A stretch of 63,934 nucleotides of DNA, counting the filler, from an uncultured Methanosarcinales archaeon (GTDB lineage: Archaea; Nanobdellota; Nanobdellia; Woesearchaeales; BS150m-G63), in NCBI GenBank assembly GCA_964630685.1. It is 4 parts of 4 records of this genome, joined end to end, with 100 filler letters (N's around TTAATTAATTAA, not from the genome) between each part and the next. Parts side by side here need not be neighbours in the genome. Positions count along the whole stretch, not along the records: positions 37,635 to 61,852 come from CAZVVW010000013.1; 3 more parts are not named here. The stretch is one strand, 5' to 3'. The stretch's first letter is position 1. Every line of letters starts with the position of its first letter. Positions 40,120 to 49,699 of the stretch are shown in pieces. A program made the position numbers and the translations under genes. The notes beneath the pieces are model-generated. The model did not search any database. It was not told the origin of the DNA and saw only the letters and a program-made list of their open reading frames with translations.

Positions 40120-41493
40120 ATGTTAAAAAAGAGCTCTTTCATAGTGTCATCTATCTTAGCAACACAATCTGTTCTAGCAATAGATATGCCTAATATAGGT
40201 GAAGCAGTTGGAATGATAGGGAAAGTGCTTTATTCTATTTCTACAAATTCTTATGCCCAATTTGCAATAGTTGCAATAATCCTATATATCTTACTTTACC
40301 AAATATTCAAAGCCCCATTAAAAAAAGTTCCTGTTTTTGAAGGCAGCTCAGGGAATATTATAGCAGCAGCATTAGCACTATTAGCAGACCTAGGCATAGT
40401 ATACAAATCTAGAGAAGTGGGTTTAGAGGGTTTCTTAGCAAAGATATTTGGCCCAAATAGGCTCTTTGCAGGGGTAATAATAGCAATAGTTCTTTTCTTT
40501 ATCTTAAAAAAATCTCTTGGAAATAAAAGTAAATTAGCTTTATTCTTAACAGGGCTCACTTGTTTAGTGTTAGCAAATATGCTACAACTTCCTATTATGG
40601 GCACAATTGGTTTATTTTTAATGATTGGCTCTGGGCTATGGTTTATGGCAAGTCACGCACGTCCATCGGCAGGGGGTTCTTCTTTTAGCTCAAAATTAAA
40701 GAATGAATGGGGTTCAAAAAAAGGGTTTGGAAGTGGCAAAATCAAAAGGATAAAAGATTGGGGAAAAACCAGAAAAAAAGACGAGAAAAAGATAAAGAAA
40801 AACAAAAAAGACGAGAAAAAACTCTCACATAAACAAAAAAAACAGATCAAAGGAGACCATAATATTCATGCAAAACTGATTAAAGCCATAGAAGCACAAG
40901 ACACCCAAAAAATAATAGAATTATCAAGAGAGTTAGATGAATCTGTAAAAGAAGAAATCAAGTTATACATAAAGGAAAGAGAAGATGTAGTGAAAGAACA
41001 ACAATTAGATATTCAAGACGAAGCAATTACAAGAAAAAAAATAGAGGGGATAGAAAAACTAAAAAAATCAGACGAGTTAGATAAAGATACCAAAAAAGAT
41101 TTAGAAAAAGAAGAACAAATAGAGATAAAAGAAGATAAAATTGAAAGACAAGAATATGGTTGGGATAACAAAGAAAAAGAACAATTTGCAAAATTAGGAA
41201 CAGTCAGTACTGAAATAGAGAGTATATTAAGGAGTTTAGTGGTAAAGGCTCAAGAAGAACAATTTAGGGAATGTTTAAAGATAGCACAGGAAATTAAAAC
41301 AAAACTTCAAGAGAGAGATAATATATGGGGGGTTAAAGAGGGTTTCAGGGAAAAAGAAAGAAAAGCATGGAAAAAACAAAAGAAATTAGTTAAAAAAGAG
41401 CACAAACAAGAAAAAAAAGTAGAAAAAGACGTTGAAAAACAAACAAAAGGAGAAGCAAAAGCAGGCAAACAATTAGAATTCAACTTCAAATAA
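40120..41493 (+). CDS. Multi-TM membrane protein with charged coiled-coil tail
   Basis: About 5-6 hydrophobic helices followed by a K/E-rich region. Confidence 0.75.
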   Translation: MLKKSSFIVSSILATQSVLAIDMPNIGEAVGMIGKVLYSISTNSYAQFAIVAIILYILLYQIFKAPLKKVPVFEGSSGNIIAAALALLADLGIVYKSREVGLEGFLAKIFGPNRLFAGVIIAIVLFFILKKSLGNKSKLALFLTGLTCLVLANMLQLPIMGTIGLFLMIGSGLWFMASHARPSAGGSSFSSKLKNEWGSKKGFGSGKIKRIKDWGKTRKKDEKKIKKNKKDEKKLSHKQKKQIKGDHNIHAKLIKAIEAQDTQKIIELSRELDESVKEEIKLYIKEREDVVKEQQLDIQDEAITRKKIEGIEKLKKSDELDKDTKKDLEKEEQIEIKEDKIERQEYGWDNKEKEQFAKLGTVSTEIESILRSLVVKAQEEQFRECLKIAQEIKTKLQERDNIWGVKEGFREKERKAWKKQKKLVKKEHKQEKKVEKDVEKQTKGEAKAGKQLEFNFK

Positions 41494-41759
41494 TAATCAT
41501 TTTTTAGAAATCTTTTATAACAGAGCGAAGTGATGTTGTCTAAAAGGTTATTTTTCAAAATCTTTTTGGTTTGGGAGCAACACAACACAACCTTAAAGCT
41601 TTGAAAATGGAAACCATTTCTGAAATCTTTAAACTTGCGGGCAAAGCGAAGCAAGTAATGAAGGTTAAAGGAAAGTTTTAACTTTCCGAAACCTTTATAT
41701 ATCACTTCTAAAACCTTTTACTCATTAATCCTTATTAAATAGAGAAGGGGGAAATTAAG

Positions 41760-43043
41760 ATGGCTAAAGATAAAATACATATGAATTTAGTGTTCATCGG
41801 ACACGTTGACCATGGTAAATCAACAACTGTAGGTAGAATGTTGTTTGACTCTGGTAATATCGAGGAACAAACATTAAGAAAATTAAAAGACAAAGCAGAA
41901 GAGCTAGGAAAAGGCGGATTTGAGTTCGCTTTTGTAATGGATAACCTAAAAGAAGAAAGAGAAAGGGGAGTTACAATTGACTTAGCACATAAGAAATTTG
42001 AGACCGATAAATATTCTTTTACAATAATCGACGCTCCAGGGCACAAAGATTTTATTAAGAATATGATTACAGGTGCATCACAAGCAGATGCCGCAGTTCT
42101 TTGTGTAGCAGCTAATGATGGTATCATGGCTCAAACTAAAGAGCATTTGTTCTTATCAAGAACTCTTGGTGTAAATCAACTTATAATTGCAATAAATAAA
42201 ATGGATATGAAAGATTATGATCAAGGAATATTCAATAAAATCAAAGACGACATGAGTGCATTGATGAAAACTGTTGGATATAAACCTGAAGAAGCAAAAT
42301 TCATACCAATCGCTTCATTACCCGGAGACAATGTTGTTAAGAAATCAGATAAATTGTCCTGGTTTGATGGAATGACATTAGCTGAAGCAATTAATGATTT
42401 AAAAGCACCTGAAAAACCAACTAATTTACCATTGAGATTACCAATTCAAGATGTTTATAGCATCACAGGTATTGGAGTAGTTCCAGTAGGAAAGGTTGAA
42501 ACAGGCGTGATGAAAATCGGCGACAAAGTTATAGTTGTTCCAGGAAGAGAAGGAACTGGTGTAACTGGTGAAGTTAAAACAATTGAAATGCATCACGAAC
42601 AAATGCAAAGTGCAGAACCAGGAGACAATATTGGATTCAACGTAAGAGGGATTGGTAAAAAAGATATGGCTCGTGGAGATGTATTAGGTCATACTGATAA
42701 CCCACCAACCGTTGTAAGTGAGTTTACAGCACAGATTGTTGTATTAAATCACCCAAGTGTTATTACTGTAGGATACACTCCAGTATTCCACATACATACC
42801 GCACAAGTGGCATGCCAAGTGATAGCAATTGAGAAAAAACTCAATCCAACAACTGGTGAAACCTTAGCTGAAAACCCAGACTTTATTAAGAATGGAGACG
42901 CAGCAATAGTTAAGATAAAACCAACAACTCCGTTGGTCATCGAGAAACAAAAGGAAATACCACATATGGCAAGGTTCGCTATTAGAGATTCAGGAACCAC
43001 AGTTGCTGCAGGAATGTGTATTGACTCAGTCAAAAAGAGCTAA
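41760..43043 (+). CDS. tuf: Translation elongation factor EF-1alpha (archaeal)
   Basis: [30 protein letters not shown]; archaeal-type sequence. Confidence 0.99.
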   Translation: MAKDKIHMNLVFIGHVDHGKSTTVGRMLFDSGNIEEQTLRKLKDKAEELGKGGFEFAFVMDNLKEERERGVTIDLAHKKFETDKYSFTIIDAPGHKDFIKNMITGASQADAAVLCVAANDGIMAQTKEHLFLSRTLGVNQLIIAINKMDMKDYDQGIFNKIKDDMSALMKTVGYKPEEAKFIPIASLPGDNVVKKSDKLSWFDGMTLAEAINDLKAPEKPTNLPLRLPIQDVYSITGIGVVPVGKVETGVMKIGDKVIVVPGREGTGVTGEVKTIEMHHEQMQSAEPGDNIGFNVRGIGKKDMARGDVLGHTDNPPTVVSEFTAQIVVLNHPSVITVGYTPVFHIHTAQVACQVIAIEKKLNPTTGETLAENPDFIKNGDAAIVKIKPTTPLVIEKQKEIPHMARFAIRDSGTTVAAGMCIDSVKKS

Positions 43044-43120
43044 GTTAATACATTTTTTTTATCTTTTTTATTTTTTATATGCATGGTGAATACCTGTTTA
43101 TCATGTGGTAGTTAAGGAAT

Positions 43121-43432
43121 ATGCAGAAAGCAAGAATAAAAATAGCAAGTACAGAAATAGACAAGGTTAATGAAACCTGTCAGTACATACAAGATATTGC
43201 AGAGAAGACCGGCGTAGATATTAGAGGTCCTATTCCTTTACCTACCAAAAAATTAAAATTAACAACTAGAAAAAGCCCAGACGGTGAGGGCAAGGCTTCT
43301 TGGGAACGTTATGAAATGCGTGTCCATAAACGTATTATTGATTTAGGTACAGATGAAAGAGCATTAAGACTAATTATGAGAGTGCCTATTCCAGAAGGTC
43401 TCAATATTGAGATTGAAATGATTGATGTTTAA
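43121..43432 (+). CDS. rpsJ: 30S ribosomal protein S10 (uS10)
   Basis: [18 protein letters not shown]...EMRVHKR. Confidence 0.98.
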   Translation: MQKARIKIASTEIDKVNETCQYIQDIAEKTGVDIRGPIPLPTKKLKLTTRKSPDGEGKASWERYEMRVHKRIIDLGTDERALRLIMRVPIPEGLNIEIEMIDV

Positions 43433-43496
43433 GACAATATTCAATTATTCTAATAACACAATTTTTATAAATAGTTTAATTTATCTTAACTTTAGT

Positions 43497-43578
43497 GCCA
43501 CGATCGCATAATCTGGTATTGCGCAAGATTGGAAATCTTGTCCCTATGGGATTCCCGGTTCAAATCCGGGTCGTGGCG
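43497..43578 (+). tRNA. tRNA-Ser(GGA)
   Basis: GCCACGA/TCGTGGC acceptor stem; CAAGA-TTGGAAA-TCTTG anticodon arm; long variable arm; GGTTCAAATCC. Confidence 0.95.
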
Positions 43579-43698
43579 TATTTTTTTTTTTATAGTGTTT
43601 TTAAATTAAGATAATCTATTAAAGAGTGTGCTATGTAATTAAGTTAACTTCGTTAACTTATATTGCATCTGGGGGGCTACGACCCAAAACGTAGGTTC

Positions 43699-43723
43699 CA
43701 AATCCGGGTCGTGGCGTATTTTT
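43699..43723 (+). repeat. 25-bp duplicate of the tRNA-Ser 3' end (att-like)
   Basis: caaatccgggtcgtggcgtattttt also at 43561-43585. Confidence 0.9.
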
Positions 43724-43770
43724 CTTTCACATTTATTTTATTAATTCAAGTTTTCTATTTAATAAAGTAA

Positions 43771-44568
43771 TTAATTATACTCATTAATAACAGAAATAGC
43801 TTTACCTAAAAAACTCTTACGTTCTAATTCATCAGGCTCAAAATCATAGAAATATTTATTACTCAATAAAACTTCTAACTTTCCATTTTTTATCAGGGAA
43901 TTAACGGCAGTTATCACCACACCATTTTTAATGTTAGGATCAATCACACCCCAATCAAACCAGAATAAAGAATATTTTTTAAGTTTTAATTTTCCTTTGT
44001 CACCCCTAAAATAATAATAAACTTTACCACCATAAGATATTTTATCATCCTTATTAGGTACAACCACTGCAGTAAATGCCCTTGGATCAAATATGTACAA
44101 CATTGTCTGAAAAAAAGCATCCTGATTAAATATAAATTGCCCAATATCTTCAACTGTTTCATAAACTGCTCTACCTTCTTTCACATTAACTATAAACCCA
44201 GCTTCAGAACCTTCTTTTTTTATTAATTTAAACTGTAATTCTTCTCCCTTGGGAAGAATGTCTATAAAATTATCAATATTAAAACTTCCTCCAGCAGAAA
44301 CTCTTTTTTGAATTAACTCATTAAAAGCCATTTTGGTTTCAATTAAATTGCCTTCAGCATATTGGTAATAAGCAGCTTCTATTAATCTTTCAATATCTGG
44401 AGTTATCTGTAATCCTTTATATTCTTCAATTTCTCCAGCACCAAGCACTTTAAACCCAAATCCAGCCATATCTCCTTCTCCTGCAAAAACAAACCCAAAT
44501 GAGGCCTCTAAGAGTATAGCAACAAAAAGAATTCCCAACAATCCATTTATTCTACCAAACACCTCCAT
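43771..44568 (-). CDS. Hypothetical secreted/membrane protein
   Basis: N-terminal hydrophobic segment; lies between two tRNAs. Confidence 0.65.
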   Translation of the reverse strand: MEVFGRINGLLGILFVAILLEASFGFVFAGEGDMAGFGFKVLGAGEIEEYKGLQITPDIERLIEAAYYQYAEGNLIETKMAFNELIQKRVSAGGSFNIDNFIDILPKGEELQFKLIKKEGSEAGFIVNVKEGRAVYETVEDIGQFIFNQDAFFQTMLYIFDPRAFTAVVVPNKDDKISYGGKVYYYFRGDKGKLKLKKYSLFWFDWGVIDPNIKNGVVITAVNSLIKNGKLEVLLSNKYFYDFEPDELERKSFLGKAISVINEYN

Positions 44569-44664
44569 ATTGAATATTTATCATTATTGGATATAAATAC
44601 TTTTCTAATCTATCCTTAATTAACCGTTACTTTTTTAAATAAATCACCTATTTAGGGCTAATAT

Positions 44665-44805
44665 GGGCCCATAGCTCAGCCTGGCTAGAGCGATTGGCTC
44701 TTAAATTGTGTCTGCATACTTTGTAGACAAAGTCTAGAAACCAATAGGTCGCGGGTTCAAATGTCTGGTTAAAATATAATCAGTCTGAAAGTCCCGTTGG
44801 GCCCA
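44665..44805 (+). tRNA. tRNA-Lys(CTT) with two introns (anticodon loop ~44704-44739; T-loop ~44762-44791)
   Basis: GGGCCCA/TGGGCCC acceptor stem; ATTGG-CTCTTA...ACCAAT; GCGGGTTCAAA...TCCCGT with bulge-helix-bulge (TTCA/TGAA helix, AAT and AGT bulges). Confidence 0.88.
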
Positions 44806-44929
44806 TTTCATAATCAAATAAAGCGAGGAGAGTTGGTGGGACCTCTAAGGTTTTAGCCTTAGTGTGTCGCACATCCTTTTGACCAGATTTTTGAAAAAAT
44901 CTGCGTTGGGCCCATTAATTTAACCAAAA

Positions 44930-45130
44930 ATGGAATGTCAAAAAGAAAAAAACCTTGAAAGCTGTTCTTGCACCTATCCTGGATGTAAGAAAAAAGGAAT
45001 TTGTTGCGAATGTGTGAGATTTCACAGAGAAAGAGGAGAATTGCCGGGTTGCTTTTTCCCTTCAGAAACAGAGAAAACATTTGATCGCTCAATAAGCAAA
45101 TTTATCCAAACAAGAAGATTTGATTCTTAA
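44930..45130 (+). CDS. Small Cys-rich protein (DUF6485-like)
   Basis: CSCTYPGCxKKGICCEC..HR..GELPGCFF..ExTFDRS. Confidence 0.75.
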   Translation: MECQKEKNLESCSCTYPGCKKKGICCECVRFHRERGELPGCFFPSETEKTFDRSISKFIQTRRFDS

Positions 45131-45226
45131 ATCTTCAAGTCACACCCAAAGATTTTTTAAATCTTTAAGTGTAACAAACAGCTGAAAATAAAATTAAAGC
45201 CCAAATGATAATGATATTATAATAAA

Positions 45227-45604
45227 ATGAAACCTATAATGAGATTATATCGTCCAAGTTGGAATTTATATGGGATAGAAATAGATAGATATGGTGATGG
45301 AGTTCTTGAAGAATACTGGGAAGAAGCAACAGATAAGAGAATGAAAGAAAAATATCCTTCTCTCATAGAAAGAATCATCCATTATCCAAGAAAAAAAGAA
45401 ATCAAAAAAGATATCTGGAATCAAATGAATAAGATAATTAGATTAAATGGGTTAGAGAGAATGTATAATAAAAGGATGGAAGAGTTTTTTTCAGTTTATT
45501 CTAACAAAGAAGGAGCACTAAAACAAAGGATGCAAGATTTACATTATGATTTCAAAGAGTATTTCAAAGTAGATTTGAAAACAGAGATAGAATATATTAA
45601 GTAA
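45227..45604 (+). CDS. Hypothetical protein
   Basis: 125-aa ORF, no motif recognised. Confidence 0.6.
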   Translation: MKPIMRLYRPSWNLYGIEIDRYGDGVLEEYWEEATDKRMKEKYPSLIERIIHYPRKKEIKKDIWNQMNKIIRLNGLERMYNKRMEEFFSVYSNKEGALKQRMQDLHYDFKEYFKVDLKTEIEYIK

Positions 45605-45788
45605 TATAAAATAGTAAGTAATAAGTAAGATGGCCCTTATTTATGTTTTCGATGCCAAATACATCGTAAGAGGGGCCAGGAATAGAAAAAATTTACTTTT
45701 TGTGTAATTTTTCTACATCGAAAACTGGCCAACTTATTACTTGCTTAAAATAGAAAACTTTATATTCTTTTTAATCTAGAGGAATCTT

Positions 45789-46817
45789 ATGAAAAAAAAG
45801 ATAGTGATTTTACTCTTTTTATTGATAGTCTGTTCTAGTTTTGCAAGCGCTTACTCTTTTGAAGAATTTATTGATGACGCAAAGAATTTCTTTTTAGAAT
45901 TCTCTTCAATAACTGGAATGGTTGTAGCAGAAATGGGTGGAGAGAAAAAAGAAACTCAAGAAGAAAAATTTGAAAAGATAAAACTGCCAGAACCAAAAGA
46001 AGTAGAATTAGCTAAAAAAACAAAAGAAAAAGAAACACCCGTAGAAGAAACCCAAGAAATTGATATTCAAGAAGAATCTACACAAGAAGAGACAGTTGAA
46101 AAAGAAAAAACAAAAGAAAAAGAAACACCAAAAAAATCAAAGAGGACAAAAAGAGTAAAACCAACAATTCATATTCCAGAATGTTCTGATTATGCAGATA
46201 ATAATGTAAATTATTACAAAAAAGGAACCTGTAAAGATGAAAGCAAAAAAAGAATAGACCAAGGTACAGAGGATTATTGTAGTAAAGATGGCACAACCCT
46301 TATGGAATATTCTTGTGGCTCAACTGGTTTCTGTGAAGGCTCTTGGTATGTCTGTGCTAACGGATGCGAAGACGGCGCATGCCTTACAGAAAAGAAGGAA
46401 GAGCTAAAACCAGATCTTAAGGTGCTTTCATTAACTAATAAAGCAGATTCTTCCTTAGTTTCTGTAAAAAATACAGGTACAAAAGGAACCTACTTTAAGA
46501 CACAAATAAACACACCAGATAAAGAAGAACTTTCAGAGGTAGATTATTATCTAGAGCCAGGAGAAGTTGTTGAAGTAAATTTAGGTGAAAAAATCACAGG
46601 AGATTATTCTATAGGGATAATTGCAGATGAAGACGAAAATCAGCAAGATAATACCTTGGAAGGCCACATTGAAGAACCAAAAGAACTACAAGAAGTCCAA
46701 CAACAGATAACCGGTGCAGTAACAACAGAGATACCAAAAGAGCAAGAACAAGAAAGTAAAGAAAACAAAAAATCGGCATTTACAAAATTCATAGAATTCT
46801 TAAAAAATATCTTTTAA
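45789..46817 (+). CDS. Secreted protein with Cys-rich module and CARDB-like domain
   Basis: Signal peptide; CxDxD...C..GC.DGAC; PDLKV...VKNTG...DENQQDN. Confidence 0.7.
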   Translation: MKKKIVILLFLLIVCSSFASAYSFEEFIDDAKNFFLEFSSITGMVVAEMGGEKKETQEEKFEKIKLPEPKEVELAKKTKEKETPVEETQEIDIQEESTQEETVEKEKTKEKETPKKSKRTKRVKPTIHIPECSDYADNNVNYYKKGTCKDESKKRIDQGTEDYCSKDGTTLMEYSCGSTGFCEGSWYVCANGCEDGACLTEKKEELKPDLKVLSLTNKADSSLVSVKNTGTKGTYFKTQINTPDKEELSEVDYYLEPGEVVEVNLGEKITGDYSIGIIADEDENQQDNTLEGHIEEPKELQEVQQQITGAVTTEIPKEQEQESKENKKSAFTKFIEFLKNIF

Positions 46818-46819
46818 TT

Positions 46820-47404
46820 TTAATTAGCAACCATGCCAGTTAATTTCTCAAAACCACTACTAGGGGTGCTAACTCCTAACACTTTATCGATAACTATTGT
46901 TCCATCTCCGCCACCATAATTAAACAATGCATAACTATCTGAACTCATTTTAACAGAAGAAACCCTAAAATGATACCATTTGTATTCATCAGTCAATTCT
47001 CCTCCAGCAATTTTTGTGTTTCCAGGAGCCCAAATTTCAAAAGAAGCACTACTCCCTTCTTTTTTCATATATAAAGATAAAAGTACTAATTTCCTATTCC
47101 ATTCCACATACAAATATTCATCATTTTTCCCTGCAGGAACTGTGGTTTTATCCAATAAAAGCACACCATCTCCCTTCTCAATTAAAGAATCAAGCACACC
47201 ATCTTTCATTTTATTATCCTCTGTTCTTAACAAAACTCCTAAAACAGGAACACTGGCTTCTTTTAATTCTTCAATCTCAAATTCTCCAGAAATCGCCCTA
47301 CCAGTTATAGATTCTAATTTAAAATCTTTAACAGTTTCAGCAATACCAAAGAGCATAACTAAAGAAATAACCACTACAGGTAGAATATATCTGATATATT
47401 TCAT
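46820..47404 (-). CDS. Hypothetical membrane-anchored protein
   Basis: N-terminal TM and ITGRAI motif. Confidence 0.65.
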   Translation of the reverse strand: MKYIRYILPVVVISLVMLFGIAETVKDFKLESITGRAISGEFEIEELKEASVPVLGVLLRTEDNKMKDGVLDSLIEKGDGVLLLDKTTVPAGKNDEYLYVEWNRKLVLLSLYMKKEGSSASFEIWAPGNTKIAGGELTDEYKWYHFRVSSVKMSSDSYALFNYGGGDGTIVIDKVLGVSTPSSGFEKLTGMVAN

Positions 47405-47469
47405 ACTAGTTCACTTATCTTAGTAATTTAAATAATTTTTGTTTTTGAGTAAGAAATAAGTAAGAAGAG

Positions 47470-48435
47470 TTATGAAAAATAATTGGAAGGTAAGTAATTG
47501 AACGTTTCTTTATTTTTTACATCTACAATCTCAAAATCAATAATTAGCTCTTCAAATCTCTCTCTTAATTCACTCATAAAATCATCAAAGCTATTTTCTT
47601 TCAATGACTCAAAATTAATCACAAGATCCCAACTTCCAAAAGTTTTTACCACCGAAACTACAGAAGAGTTTTCTTTACAAAAATTAGTCAACTCATCCTC
47701 TATTTTGAAATCATAAGCAGAATATTTTAATAGAATTTTTTTATTAAGTATACCTAATTTATCACAATCAAGAATTGGCTCAAATTTCCGTATAACCAAT
47801 CTTTTTTTCAACGATTTAAGTTTAGATGAAAAAGTTTTGAAGCTCGTCCCACTAATTTTGCTCAATTCCTTTAATTTAGCACTCGGTTTCTCTAACAATG
47901 CCTTGCAAACAAACTTCTCAGAATCACTAAAATTAACTGGAGCTCTATCACCTCCAATCACTTTATCTTCCCCTTCTCTAGCCCAAGGATTAAGATACTG
48001 CCTACCAAATTTACGAATCACAATAACAGTACAAATGTGGTTATCAGTAATATCTTCTTTATGTTTGGAGATAAATTTCTTTAAAGTTTTATTAAAACTA
48101 GAAGGATTTTGGGATAAAAACATAGCACTAATATCCAATTTTCCCTGAAGTGTTTCAATCCATACAACCTCTGGAAGATCTTTCAAATTCTTAAGTAATT
48201 CTGAAGAGCCATTTTTTTTGTGAGATGTTCTAAACAACACAAGATATCCATTAAAATCAAATTTTGCATAATCAAAAACAGTCGCATAACCCTTTATTTG
48301 TCTTTTTTTATTCATTGATTTTAAGGTATAACTGACCCTTTGTTCACTCGTCTTTAAACGCTTAGCTATCTTTGATAAAGTAGTTCTACTGTTTTCGTCG
48401 AGAAAGTGCAATATTCTATAAATAACCTTAGTCAT
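47470..48435 (-). CDS. Lrp/AsnC-family regulator, tandem-duplicated
   Basis: ILHFLDENSRTTLSKIAKRL HTH; second HTH; GxxD RAM motifs; divergent from the following operon. Confidence 0.88.
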   Translation of the reverse strand: MTKVIYRILHFLDENSRTTLSKIAKRLKTSEQRVSYTLKSMNKKRQIKGYATVFDYAKFDFNGYLVLFRTSHKKNGSSELLKNLKDLPEVVWIETLQGKLDISAMFLSQNPSSFNKTLKKFISKHKEDITDNHICTVIVIRKFGRQYLNPWAREGEDKVIGGDRAPVNFSDSEKFVCKALLEKPSAKLKELSKISGTSFKTFSSKLKSLKKRLVIRKFEPILDCDKLGILNKKILLKYSAYDFKIEDELTNFCKENSSVVSVVKTFGSWDLVINFESLKENSFDDFMSELRERFEELIIDFEIVDVKNKETFNYLPSNYFS

Positions 48436-48595
48436 ATTTTGAATTAATGCCTTATTCTATATAAATTTTTCCACTTTTTACAAAATAAACTAACCTAAAT
48501 TTTATATTAAATAATTAATTACTTACTAATATTGGCCAAAAAGTCCTTTTTTTTCTAATTGGATGTATATAATCAATTAAAAATTAACTAGATAA

Positions 48596-49699
48596 ATGAA
48601 AAAACCAAAATTCGCAGTAATAGGAGCCGGCTGTGGCGGACAAACCTTTGCAGGACATTTAGCATCTGAAGGTTATGATGTAAATCTTTACAATAGATCC
48701 CCAGAAAAGTTAGGTAACTTAAATGAAGAAAAAAAGATTTCATTAGAAGGAATTCTAAACCAAGAAGGAAAAATAAATATTGCAACAACAAACTTAAAAG
48801 AAGCAGTTCAAGACAGAGATATAATTATGGTTGTAACCACAGCAACAGGTCATGAAGAAATATCTAAAAACATAACGCCTTACCTTAAAGGGGGTCAAAC
48901 AATCATACTAAATCCTGGAAGAACATTCGGAGCATTAGAATTCTTAAATAATATTTATCAACAAAGACCCAATTTAGACGTTACAGTTGGAGAAGCAAAC
49001 ACATTACTTTATGCAACAAGAGTTACAGAGCCAGGAAAAGCTAATGTTTTAGGGGTAAAAGAAGAAGTTTCACTATCAACATTACCTAGTTATAGGACAG
49101 AAGAAATTGTAGGTCAATTAAATGAGTTTTATCCATCATTTAAAGCATCAGAAAATTTCTTAGAAACTAGTGTAGGAAATATTGGGGCAGTGTTTCATCC
49201 TTCAATCATGTTATTGAATCATGATAAAATAGTAAACAACGAGCCTTTTGAGTTTTACACAGAAGGAGCATCAGAATATGTTGCAGGATTTATGAATGAG
49301 ATAGACAAAGAAAGACAACAAATCGCAAAAAAATTAGGAACACCAATACCCACATTAGAAGAATGGTTAGGAAGCAGATATAATTTAGAACAAAAAGAAC
49401 TACACTTAATGCTTAAAGAAAATCCAGCATATCAAGGGATAATGGCGCCAACCACAATGGACCACAGATATATTTTTGAAGATGTCCCAACAGGATTGGT
49501 TCCACTCGCACTTACAGCAAAATCATTAGGAGTTGACACTCCCTATATGGACCATTTAATTAATTATTCAAGTCAAATACACAACAAAAATTATTGGGAA
49601 GAAGGGCGAACACTCAAAAAAATAGGTCTGAACAAAGATTATCTTACAGAACAATTAGGCGAGATTATACATCAAAATCATTATGTAGGGGTATCATGA
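48596..49699 (+). CDS. NAD(P)-dependent opine (octopine/nopaline) dehydrogenase family protein
   Basis: VIGAGCGG Rossmann motif; LNPGRTFG; NIGAVFHP; HRYIFEDVPTGLVP. Confidence 0.9.
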   Translation: MKKPKFAVIGAGCGGQTFAGHLASEGYDVNLYNRSPEKLGNLNEEKKISLEGILNQEGKINIATTNLKEAVQDRDIIMVVTTATGHEEISKNITPYLKGGQTIILNPGRTFGALEFLNNIYQQRPNLDVTVGEANTLLYATRVTEPGKANVLGVKEEVSLSTLPSYRTEEIVGQLNEFYPSFKASENFLETSVGNIGAVFHPSIMLLNHDKIVNNEPFEFYTEGASEYVAGFMNEIDKERQQIAKKLGTPIPTLEEWLGSRYNLEQKELHLMLKENPAYQGIMAPTTMDHRYIFEDVPTGLVPLALTAKSLGVDTPYMDHLINYSSQIHNKNYWEEGRTLKKIGLNKDYLTEQLGEIIHQNHYVGVS

